A stretch of DNA of 41,787 nucleotides from a virus (lineage: Duplodnaviria; Caudoviricetes), in the IMG/VR virus record IMGVR_UViG_3300049436_000041, positions 1-41,787 of that record; one strand, 5' to 3'. A program made the translations under genes and the position numbers. The notes under the pieces are model-generated. The model saw only the letters and a list, made by a program, of their open reading frames with translations. It made no database searches and was not told the DNA's origin. Shown here piece by piece: positions 27,136 to 34,094 of this stretch (position 1 is its first letter; every line of letters begins with the position of its first letter).

Positions 27136-27666
27136 TTAAATGCGTGCGTTTTTTTGTTCGCTGTATACTTCCCCTCTGATATCTGCCATGGTTAGCGGCC
27201 CTATTTTGTGCGGGTATTCATGTGAAAGCCTAACAATTAGCAGCGCTTTTTCCAGTGATGGCCGCCCGCCATTCATCAGCTGGCCCACCCTGCCTTTTGC
27301 CATTCCCAGCTTTGCCATAAGCGCGCGCTTTCCTATCTTGTCCATCCATTCATAAAAGCGCTTTGAAGGCTCACCCAAATCACTTTTTATTATGGTCATT
27401 TCATGCACTGAAATTTTCCAGCCAAAGTCTGCCATGGTTAGCGGCCCTATTTTGTGCGGAAAATGTTGTGATAGCGCCACAATCTGCATGGCATCCACCT
27501 GGCGCGGCACTCTGTGGCAGTTTCCTGGTGATATCCAAGAATAAATCAGCGTTTTATTTTTCTCCAAACTATTGGCAAGCCTGGAAGGCCCAAAGGCCCT
27601 AACCCATTTTTTGAATCTATCGGAAACGCAAGGCCTTTCAATTTTGGCCTTTGGCCATGTTTTCAT
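27136..27666 (-). CDS. tandem double-HTH (Cro-like) regulator
   Basis: Two homologous halves, each ending in PHKIGPLTMAD. Likely start 27666 after a GGGGG RBS. Confidence 0.6.
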   Translation of the reverse strand: MKTWPKAKIERPCVSDRFKKWVRAFGPSRLANSLEKNKTLIYSWISPGNCHRVPRQVDAMQIVALSQHFPHKIGPLTMADFGWKISVHEMTIIKSDLGEPSKRFYEWMDKIGKRALMAKLGMAKGRVGQLMNGGRPSLEKALLIVRLSHEYPHKIGPLTMADIRGEVYSEQKNARI

Positions 27667-27779
27667 ATGTAACCCCCGGAAAGCCAGCAGGCGCTGGCAG
27701 TGGCTGATATTTTTCATTTATTTATTTTCATAAACTCTGCTTTTTTGCGCGGGCTCACCAGGGCAGAATTTATGAAAAC

Positions 27780-27808
27780 AATCTAATTTAAGAAAAGCTT
27801 ATTTTCAA
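27780..27808 (-). promoter_or_regulatory. sigma-70-like promoter for the regulator/recombination/replication operon
   Basis: TTGAAA-N17-TAGATT in AT-rich intergenic DNA. Confidence 0.5.
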
Positions 27809-27967
27809 ACTGAAAAAACAAAAATGGCTGCTGGTATAGTGAAATTTTTTTGCTAATTGCCAGGAAGGCCCACTGCGGAGTATTCTTTTTCCACGGCAAT
27901 GGGCTTGCCGTTCTTGCTTTTCCCCTGCAGGGCCAGTGCATACCAGGTGCGCTGGCCCTGTTCTTAT

Positions 27968-28564
27968 TTATGGCAGCAGCGCCCGCAGGCGCACCCCAGA
28001 TTCCAGCACCATAGTGCAAGCCAGAAGCACATTACCCTGGCCGCCATATACTTCAGAAAGCCTGTCAATTTGCGCAATCGTTCTAGGCGGCAGCTTATAA
28101 GACATGGGCACTTTTTCATCATACTGGGTTTCATTCAGCTGCAGCGGGCTTTCCAGGCGGCAGAGTATTTCCGCGCCGGTCTGAATTGCACTGCGCTGTG
28201 ATAGGAAAATGGCACCCAGCGCTTTAATATCGCGCACCACTTTTGCGGCCAGTTTATAGCCCTTTGCTTTTGTGGCTTTATCTTCTGCGGATTCCTGAAG
28301 CGGCCCGGCTTCCGGCTGCTGCAGCGCCACGCGGTTTTTATCCCAGTATTCTGATAGCTTATCAATTCTGCGCTTTATTCCTATTCCGCCAGCTGCGTTT
28401 GATTCCTGAATTATCCTGTGCACGCTGCTTTTCCCCAGCCCGGTGCGCGTTGCGATCTGGCGCACAGATAGATTTTTCATATGTAAAGCAATAACATGGG
28501 CCTTAATCTCGATGGAAGCGCCGCTGCGGCCCGGCTGCTTTTTGTTTTTCTTGTCAAATTTCAT
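27968..28564 (-). CDS. HTH DNA-binding regulator with possible C-terminal ribbon-helix-helix
   Basis: LSVRQIATRTGLGKSSVHRII is an HTH. VPMSYKLPPRTIAQIDRLS is RHH-like. Confidence 0.7.
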   Translation of the reverse strand: MKFDKKNKKQPGRSGASIEIKAHVIALHMKNLSVRQIATRTGLGKSSVHRIIQESNAAGGIGIKRRIDKLSEYWDKNRVALQQPEAGPLQESAEDKATKAKGYKLAAKVVRDIKALGAIFLSQRSAIQTGAEILCRLESPLQLNETQYDEKVPMSYKLPPRTIAQIDRLSEVYGGQGNVLLACTMVLESGVRLRALLP

Positions 28565-28600
28565 AATTTTATTTTTCCTTTTTTAATACAGCCTGCAGGT

Positions 28601-28630
28601 AATCTATAACCCAGGGGTGCACCGTGTCAA
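28601..28630 (-). promoter_or_regulatory. sigma-70-like promoter of the HTH regulator
   Basis: Perfect TTGACA, then N18, then TAGATT, just downstream of a terminator. Confidence 0.6.
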
Positions 28631-28632
28631 AC

Positions 28633-28670
28633 AAAAAGGGCCGCAGGATCTGCCAGCGATCACTGCGGCC
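28633..28670 (-). terminator. intrinsic terminator closing the early gene cluster
   Basis: GGGCCGCAG...CTGCGGCCC stem followed by TTTTTGTTT on the minus strand. Confidence 0.7.
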
Positions 28671-28695
28671 CAGGGGTGCACCAGGCTGCGGCCAC

Positions 28696-28908
28696 TTATT
28701 TTGTGGCGGCAGCCCTTTGATAATCTTCATGGAAGTACCCTATAGAATAATGCAGAGAATCCAGCGCCCGGCAGCGGGCCATTTCATCCTGGCGCTTTGC
28801 CTTTAAATTAATAGCATCCTCCAGGCACAGCCTGGCGCTGCTTGCCATTTCGCCTTCGCTGGCGTGCTTTTTCGCCAGTTCAATAACTGCGGAAAGTTCC
28901 ATTATCAT
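28696..28908 (-). CDS. small early hypothetical protein
   Basis: ATG at 28908 with a GGAGGT RBS. 70 aa, with its own promoter. Confidence 0.7.
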   Translation of the reverse strand: MIMELSAVIELAKKHASEGEMASSARLCLEDAINLKAKRQDEMARCRALDSLHYSIGYFHEDYQRAAATK

Positions 28909-28943
28909 GGTTAAAACCTCCAGTGTGTTTAAACATACCCATA

Positions 28944-28970
28944 TTATCGGCATATTTTCCAAGGGCATTA
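28944..28970 (-). promoter_or_regulatory. sigma-28 (FliA/SigD)-type promoter
   Basis: TAAT-N15-GCCGATAA, intergenic, about 35 nt before the start codon. Confidence 0.7.
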
Positions 28971-29002
28971 GAATTATTTTTCATGCACCAGGCGGCCCGG
29001 CA

Positions 29003-29233
29003 TTAGGCCTGGGCTTCCTGCAAATTATTAATTGATTCCTCCAGCCCCTGGCTGGCGCTTTCCAGCTGTTCTGCAGCTTCCTGCATGGCCTGGCCACGCT
29101 CTGCAGCCTGCAGGCCTTCCGGCAGGTTTTCCAGGGCTTCCACTTCAGCTTCCTGCAGCATTAAAACATCTGCCTGGATATCCTCCAGTTTTGCGATTAT
29201 TTCTGCAATTTGTTTCCGGCGCTTTGCGTTCAT
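29003..29233 (-). CDS. small acidic coiled-coil phage protein
   Basis: GGAGGA RBS. MNAKRRKQI...LENLPEGLQAAERGQAMQEA is a pattern common among phage hypothetical proteins. Confidence 0.75.
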   Translation of the reverse strand: MNAKRRKQIAEIIAKLEDIQADVLMLQEAEVEALENLPEGLQAAERGQAMQEAAEQLESASQGLEESINNLQEAQA

Positions 29234-29282
29234 TGCTTAATCCTCCAAAGGCCCGCCGCCAGGCGGCAGCGGGCCGGGTTAT

Positions 29283-29915
29283 TTATGCCGCCTGGTTTTC
29301 TTTCTTTCCATCCACTTCCATTTCCTGGCCAAAATGATTGCAGTTTGAATCCGGGCAGGTAGGCACTGCAATTTCCAACCACATGGCAGTTGTTCGCACC
29401 GTGTAGCCACATTCCGGGCAGCAGGCCTTTAACATCCTGGTGCCTTGTTTTTTCGGGCCGGTGCTGGTGCCTGCTGCAAACTGCATGGCCGCGTGCGGAT
29501 ATGCGCCCACCTGGCCTTCAATTTTTACCCAGCGATCTGCGAAAACCGCGCCGGGCTGCGTGGCTGTCATTTTTCCTTCAAGGCCCAGGGAATGTGCCAC
29601 GCGGGCAAAAACCTTGCCGTGCCCTTTATCCAGGCCCACTGCTGCATGCGTTAATTCATGGGCCACGATAGCGGCCACTTGCATGGGCTCTGCCTGGTTA
29701 GGATGCACAAAAATTTCATGGGTGCCATCGTTACTGGCAGCGGGTGCCCAGCATACGCCGATGGCATTCTTTTTTTTGCTGCCAGTGAAACCGCAGCTTA
29801 TACGGTATTTCGGCAAGTTGTAGCCTATTTCATTGAATAATGGCCGCATTGCTTCAGCTACTTTTACCAGCCAGGCTTCCCTTATCGCATCACGTTTGAT
29901 ATTTTTTTCTGCCAT
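29283..29915 (-). CDS. SprT-like zinc metalloprotease
   Basis: HELTH...GHG zincin motif and C-terminal CPECGY zinc ribbon. True start is likely MAEKN at 29915 (GGAGGA RBS). Confidence 0.8.
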   Translation of the reverse strand: MAEKNIKRDAIREAWLVKVAEAMRPLFNEIGYNLPKYRISCGFTGSKKKNAIGVCWAPAASNDGTHEIFVHPNQAEPMQVAAIVAHELTHAAVGLDKGHGKVFARVAHSLGLEGKMTATQPGAVFADRWVKIEGQVGAYPHAAMQFAAGTSTGPKKQGTRMLKACCPECGYTVRTTAMWLEIAVPTCPDSNCNHFGQEMEVDGKKENQAA

Positions 29916-30022
29916 TTTTATTTCCTCCATGCTCTCCATATCGTTTAAACGCGCCGATACTTTAGGAAAAAAATCATTTTTTATAAAAAAAATGGGGTGC
30001 CTTTTTGGGGCACCCCTGGGTT
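29905..30022. repeat. copy 1 of a ~118-bp terminator-promoter-RBS-start cassette
   Basis: Near-identical to 30623-30741. Confidence 0.9.
29938..29964 (-). promoter_or_regulatory. sigma-28-type promoter
   Basis: TAAA-N15-AACGATAT with an upstream A/T tract. Confidence 0.6.
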
Positions 30023-30043
30023 TTTGGTGATGGCGGCCCAGCT

Positions 30044-30286
30044 TCACATAAGCTGGCAGTATTCCCTGGCGGCCTGGCGATCTGCCACCAGGCCGCCTGC
30101 CTGGATATCAAGGTGCTGCGCTGATATATGCAGGCGCTTGCCCGGCAGCAGCTTTCTGAATTCTATTTCTGCCAGGCGCAGCGCCTTGCCGGATGCTGGA
30201 TTAATGCTGCTGCCGATCACTTGAAAATTAAATCTCCGATCATAGCGCCCGTTGTTTATCGTAACAATGCCGTGAAAATATTTCAT
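30044..30286 (-). CDS. small early hypothetical protein
   Basis: ATG (MKYFHG) at 30286 after a GGAGGA RBS. Confidence 0.6.
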   Translation of the reverse strand: MKYFHGIVTINNGRYDRRFNFQVIGSSINPASGKALRLAEIEFRKLLPGKRLHISAQHLDIQAGGLVADRQAAREYCQLM

Positions 30287-30300
30287 GCCTGTATCCTCCA

Positions 30301-30330
30301 AAAAGCGGGCCAGGTTTCCCTGGCCCTTTT
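30301..30330. terminator. hairpin with A/T tracts on both sides
   Basis: AAAA-gc-GGGCCAGG-tttc-CCTGGCCC-TTTT. Confidence 0.5.
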
Positions 30331-30333
30331 CTC

Positions 30334-30633
30334 TTATAGCCTGGTATAAAGTCCGGTTTCACGTTCAAAAAGACTGCAAAGGCCATCAAAATATATTCCA
30401 TCATGGCTGGCCAGCGTTTGCACTTTTCCGCCGCGCACTTTCAAAAATTCCACCTGGTACAAGTCAGAAGGCTGCAGGGTAATGCGCACATGGCTAACCA
30501 TTTTTGCATTGCGCATGATTTTAAAAGTTAATGAATCCGCGCTGCCCAGCATATTGTGTGCGCCTGTCATTGCAATAAATTGCTTGCCGCCTAATTGCGC
30601 CAGGATTGTTTCCGCCACTTGCTTTTCCGCCAT
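30334..30633 (-). CDS. conserved small phage early protein
   Basis: AETILAQLGGKQFIAMTGA...FERETGLYTRL is a pattern common in phage hypotheticals. GGAGGA RBS. Confidence 0.75.
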   Translation of the reverse strand: MAEKQVAETILAQLGGKQFIAMTGAHNMLGSADSLTFKIMRNAKMVSHVRITLQPSDLYQVEFLKVRGGKVQTLASHDGIYFDGLCSLFERETGLYTRL

Positions 30634-30741
30634 TTTCATTTCCTCCATGCTTTCCTTATCGTTTAAACGCGCTGATACTTTAGCGGAAAAATCATTTTTT
30701 TATAAAAAAAATGGGGTGCCTTTTTGGGGCACCCCTGGGTT
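30623..30741. repeat. copy 2 of the ~118-bp terminator-promoter-RBS-start cassette
   Basis: Near-identical to 29905-30022. Confidence 0.9.
30656..30682 (-). promoter_or_regulatory. sigma-28-type promoter
   Basis: TAAA-N15-AACGATAA with an upstream A/T tract. Confidence 0.6.
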
Positions 30742-30757
30742 AATTCAGCAATGAAAA

Positions 30758-31009
30758 TTAAAATAGGCTTTTCTGCGCTGCCGCCTGGCCCACTTCAAAA
30801 TCAAAGGTGCACCCAGGGTGCTGCGTGCTCCACTTTTCCATCCACTGCTGGGCCATTTTTCTGGTGTTATCTCTGGCGCTTGCCAGGCCTGCGCCATGAT
30901 TTTTTCCGCCGCAAATGCAATCACATTCCTTTTGTTTTGCCAGGTAGCAGCGCGCATCGCAGCGGCCCTGGCATCCATCGGAATTATAAACGGCAATCAA
31001 TGTGGCCAT
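30758..31009 (-). CDS. small Cys-rich (zinc-binding) protein
   Basis: RCDARCYLAKQKECDCICGGKNHG. Abuts the stop of the upstream gene. Confidence 0.7.
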   Translation of the reverse strand: MATLIAVYNSDGCQGRCDARCYLAKQKECDCICGGKNHGAGLASARDNTRKMAQQWMEKWSTQHPGCTFDFEVGQAAAQKSLF

Positions 31010-31507
31010 TCAGCGTTCCTCATAATCCGGGCAGCATGTGCTGGGGTGCGGGCCGCCGCAATAATAGCAGCCTTCCGGGTGCACCCCTGTGATTTCCTCT
31101 GCTTCGCGCTGCAGGTGCCGCTGCAGGAATCCATCACCAGCCTGCCGGGCAGTGCCCAGCGCAGCCTGGGGTTTTTCTTCTGGCGGCAGTATCTGCGCAC
31201 TTAATAGGGTGCCGGTGCCGCTTGTGCTGTTTACTGCTTCGCAAATAGCCTGGCGCAGATCCGCCCAGGCCAGGTGCCCTGGATAGATTGCCACGGCCTG
31301 GCCGCTTTCATCCTTCATCAGGATCTGCGCGGCCATCACCTTTTCAATGGGATAAGCCTTTATAGTTTCCACACCCTGCGGCCCGGCTTCCTTCCTGCGT
31401 GAATATCGCTGCACATTCACCACTACCTGGCCGGATTCATCAGCAATGATGCGCTGATAGCATCCTGTGCGGCATTCCCTAATCACCTTTTCCCCGTTCA
31501 AAAGCAT
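31010..31507 (-). CDS. hypothetical protein with C-terminal zinc-knuckle-like motif
   Basis: AAAGGTGG RBS and CYYCGGPHPSTCC. Confidence 0.65.
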   Translation of the reverse strand: MLLNGEKVIRECRTGCYQRIIADESGQVVVNVQRYSRRKEAGPQGVETIKAYPIEKVMAAQILMKDESGQAVAIYPGHLAWADLRQAICEAVNSTSGTGTLLSAQILPPEEKPQAALGTARQAGDGFLQRHLQREAEEITGVHPEGCYYCGGPHPSTCCPDYEER

Positions 31508-31521
31508 ATGCCACCTTTCCC

Positions 31522-31614
31522 TTATCTGCCCAGCACGCGCTGGGCCTTTTTAATTGAAAAGTAAATTTTAAGAACTGCCCCTGCAATCACTAAAACTGTC
31601 AAAAATTCGATCAT
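31522..31614 (-). CDS. 30-aa single-pass membrane peptide (not in the ORF track)
   Basis: MIEFLTVLVIAGAVLKIYFSIKKAQRVLGR, with an AAGGGGG RBS. First ORF after a sigma-28-type promoter. Confidence 0.65.
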   Translation of the reverse strand: MIEFLTVLVIAGAVLKIYFSIKKAQRVLGR

Positions 31615-31635
31615 ATTAACCCCCTTTTAGTGTCC

Positions 31636-31663
31636 TTTTCGGCATACCTCTGGGAATACTTTA
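31636..31663 (-). promoter_or_regulatory. sigma-28-type promoter (leftward)
   Basis: TAAA-N16-GCCGAAAA; the -35 region reads CTAAAGTAT as in the cassette copies. Confidence 0.6.
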
Positions 31664-31696
31664 GCACTTTTTTTGCCCGGCGCTTTATTTTTTCCC

Positions 31697-31723
31697 TAAA
31701 GCCCAGGCACCAGGTGCCGATAA
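31697..31723 (+). promoter_or_regulatory. sigma-28-type promoter (rightward), perfect consensus
   Basis: TAAA-N15-GCCGATAA, 22 nt before the ATG of the only convincing plus-strand gene. Confidence 0.8.
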
Positions 31724-31745
31724 GGCAGCCTGAAAGGGGTTAATT

Positions 31746-31961
31746 ATGACAAATGAACAGAAACAAGAAAACAGGCTGGTTATGAAGCTGCAGGCAGCCC
31801 TGGCTGCTGCCGATGATAGGCTTAGTGAATTGCTGGCCACGCCAGAAAATGATGCTGTGGTGCTATTGCTGCGCGCGGCCATTCTGGATGCTGAAAGCTT
31901 TTTCCCGCCCTCCGATTATACAGGCCGCAGCCTGGCTGAAATGGAAAAGGCCGCCTGCTAG
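31746..31961 (+). CDS. small acidic helical hypothetical protein
   Basis: 71 aa, AAAGGGGT RBS, own promoter, occupies an otherwise empty interval. Confidence 0.7.
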   Translation: MTNEQKQENRLVMKLQAALAAADDRLSELLATPENDAVVLLLRAAILDAESFFPPSDYTGRSLAEMEKAAC

Positions 31962-31967
31962 GCGGCC
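31945..31967 (-). terminator. terminator of the lysis cassette, overlapping the convergent gene's stop
   Basis: GGCCGCC-tagca-GGCGGCC-TTTT on the minus strand. Confidence 0.55.
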
Positions 31968-31996
31968 CAGGGGTTTTAAAGGGCATGGCGGCCTTC

Positions 31997-32266
31997 CTAT
32001 GGCTTCTGGCCGCCTTCCAGTTTTTCCTTTGCTTCCTTCACTTGATAGATGGCATCCATTATTTTAGGCAGGGTATTAACTCCATAAAGCGCGCCCACCA
32101 AAATTGCCACCATTTCCGTGCGCTCTGGTATTGCTTTATTATGAAGCGCCACAGCGCACCAGGTCAAAATCACAATCAGGCTGCCATATCTGGCCCAGCT
32201 GGCCTGGCCGTTATCCCGCAGCACGTTGCGCAATTCCAGAATAATGGCTTTAAGCATTGCTTTCAT
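31997..32266 (-). CDS. holin-like two-TM protein with M-K-A-M dual start
   Basis: Directly downstream of the endolysin. GGAGG RBS before ATG AAA GCA ATG, two hydrophobic helices and a charged C-tail. Confidence 0.65.
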   Translation of the reverse strand: MKAMLKAIILELRNVLRDNGQASWARYGSLIVILTWCAVALHNKAIPERTEMVAILVGALYGVNTLPKIMDAIYQVKEAKEKLEGGQKP

Positions 32267-32846
32267 TAATTGCGCCCTCCAGCTTTGCGCACAGTATGAG
32301 AAAATCAGCCAGGCCATTAGTGCCGCCATTTACAATTTTGCGCACTTTGGCCCATTCGTGCATCCGGGCCGCCCGATAGCACCCGCGTTTATAAAAATAA
32401 TCAGCAAATAAACTGGCCGCAATTGCTGGCTGGCAGGCTTTGTCCGGGTCTGCATCATCACTAGGGTCTGCAGGATCGTCCACCAGATCCACGCCCAGGG
32501 AATTGCTGGCCGTGGAATAATTCGCCGCGCCGGTTAGCTGAATGAAACCACGCCCGGCATATTTCCAGGCATCTTCTGCGCTGCGGTTTCCCAGGGCAAT
32601 GCGCACCCGTTCATTATCAAAATAATGTTTTATAAAATAGGCCTTGTCTCCATATTCGTGCACGGGCTTGAAAGTGTAGGCCGTTTCAATTGCCACAGTG
32701 GCCAGGGCTGCTATAGCTACCTCATTGCAATAGCCCGGCATAGCTGCCAGGCATCCTTCGATCAGTGGCCAATTAGCTGCCACTGCTGCAATATTTTTGC
32801 AGCCCAGCAGGGCCGCTATTTTCTCCGGTTTAAGTGGAAACGCCAT
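32250..32846 (-). CDS. endolysin, glycoside hydrolase family 19
   Basis: ATVAIET, YAGRGFIQLTGAANY and VRKIVNGGTNG motifs. Likely start MAFP at 32846 (GGAGGG RBS). Confidence 0.9.
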   Translation of the reverse strand: MAFPLKPEKIAALLGCKNIAAVAANWPLIEGCLAAMPGYCNEVAIAALATVAIETAYTFKPVHEYGDKAYFIKHYFDNERVRIALGNRSAEDAWKYAGRGFIQLTGAANYSTASNSLGVDLVDDPADPSDDADPDKACQPAIAASLFADYFYKRGCYRAARMHEWAKVRKIVNGGTNGLADFLILCAKLEGAINESNA

Positions 32847-32847
32847 A

Positions 32848-33303
32848 TTATTTGCCCTCCATTTCTCCATTCATACAGCGCAGCGCCCTAATATCCATGG
32901 TGATTTGATCCAAGCGGCTGCGCACTTCGCCATATTGTGAATTAACCTGCTGTAAAATCATTGAATCGCCCTTATCTGCCCGCGCTTCCACTTCCATTGC
33001 CTTTGCCACGGCGCGCGCTTCCACATCCCTTATATGGCTGCGCATTCTTTCTTCCTGGGCCTCAGCAGCGCTTGATAGTCGGTTTTCCATTTCTATCCTT
33101 GATGAAACCTGCCGGGCTTCAGAATCCTTTATGGCGGCCATCAAATCCCTGTTATTTTTTTCGGCCAGGGCCTGCGCCGCCTTAATGTCTTTGTTGAGTC
33201 CTGAAAAAATGTAGCCCACCACAGCAATGCCTATCGGCACCAAAATTGCCACGGCCAGTGCTAAAATTGTTGCCAGTTCCACATGATTTGCAGCTTGGTT
33301 CAT
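32848..33303 (-). CDS. single-TM coiled-coil lysis-associated protein
   Basis: N-terminal TM (TILALAVAILVPIGIAVVGYIF) followed by a long coiled coil. GGAGG RBS. Upstream of the endolysin. Confidence 0.6.
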   Translation of the reverse strand: MNQAANHVELATILALAVAILVPIGIAVVGYIFSGLNKDIKAAQALAEKNNRDLMAAIKDSEARQVSSRIEMENRLSSAAEAQEERMRSHIRDVEARAVAKAMEVEARADKGDSMILQQVNSQYGEVRSRLDQITMDIRALRCMNGEMEGK

Positions 33304-33366
33304 TCCTATATCCTCCCGATATTCAGATTATCACCCAGGCCCACAGCGCTGCGGCTATCTTTTTAT

Positions 33367-33825
33367 TTAAGACATTTTGAACTGATCCGTGGTGCGCGCC
33401 GGGCCTTCCACTTCAGAAAATACTGGCGTTATTCTTAACTTAATCCACTGGCCCGCGCCGCCATCTGAAGTGCATTGCGCCAGCGTGTATAAATAGCTGG
33501 TGCCCGTCAAACCAGTTGTGGTGCGCACCACGGCATCATTAATCAGCACTTCCACCTTATAGCTGCCTAAAACGCCAGCAGCCACGCTGGCGGCATCCTG
33601 GTGCACTATTTCACGCGCGCTCTGTGCATACTTGTTTCTGTGCGCCCAGGTCAAAGTTACATCGCCGGAAAATGTGGTGCCATCGGGCCAGTATTCGCCA
33701 TTCACCTGCACCTTTCCAGGCGGATAGGGTTTTGCGGCCCTGGTGCCTGGCGTGAAAGTTATCTGGCTGGCGCTGGCTATCGGCAGCACTTTCCTGCTGG
33801 TATATGGCAAAAGCTTTAAATACAT
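33367..33825 (-). CDS. detached C-terminal part of the central tail-tip protein
   Basis: YLKLLPYT...RAAKPYPPGKVQVNG...VTLTWAHRNK resembles the segment that normally continues the tail-tip protein of this tail type. Confidence 0.65.
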   Translation of the reverse strand: MYLKLLPYTSRKVLPIASASQITFTPGTRAAKPYPPGKVQVNGEYWPDGTTFSGDVTLTWAHRNKYAQSAREIVHQDAASVAAGVLGSYKVEVLINDAVVRTTTGLTGTSYLYTLAQCTSDGGAGQWIKLRITPVFSEVEGPARTTDQFKMS

Positions 33826-33837
33826 AATTGCACCCCG

Positions 33838-34086
33838 TTAAATATATCCAAAAAAATCACCCCAGGCTGAAGTGGGCACCATTGAAGGAAGCGCCGGGCC
33901 TACATAGACAATTGCAGGTGCCAGTCCTGGGCCGTGGCAGGTATTCAAAAAAATAACATCAGGCGTGGCTGGCGTATAGTTTTCATGCTCGGTGCCAAAG
34001 GCCACATCTTTCATGGGCTTATATTGCGGCAGTGTGTCTGGCGTGTAACCTTCAGCGCCTTTTTCGTATAAATTCCAGAAAGCCAT
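33838..34086 (-). CDS. small hypothetical tail-region protein
   Basis: 82 aa, GGGTG RBS, operonic. Confidence 0.55.
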   Translation of the reverse strand: MAFWNLYEKGAEGYTPDTLPQYKPMKDVAFGTEHENYTPATPDVIFLNTCHGPGLAPAIVYVGPALPSMVPTSAWGDFFGYI

Positions 34087-34094
34087 ATTTCACC

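Noticed and set aside
27968-28564. Transposase or IS element suggested by the IS-like HTH
   Set aside because: No DDE catalytic domain, terminal inverted repeats or target duplication were seen.
29916-30047. N-terminal 44 codons of the listed 254-aa SprT-like ORF
   Set aside because: This stretch is the terminator-promoter cassette. The RBS supports a start at 29915.
263-31286. Numerous plus-strand ORFs in the track (e.g. 8851..9420, 14896..15681, 24835..25581)
   Set aside because: They are antisense shadows of well-supported minus-strand genes, with no recognisable motifs or RBSs.
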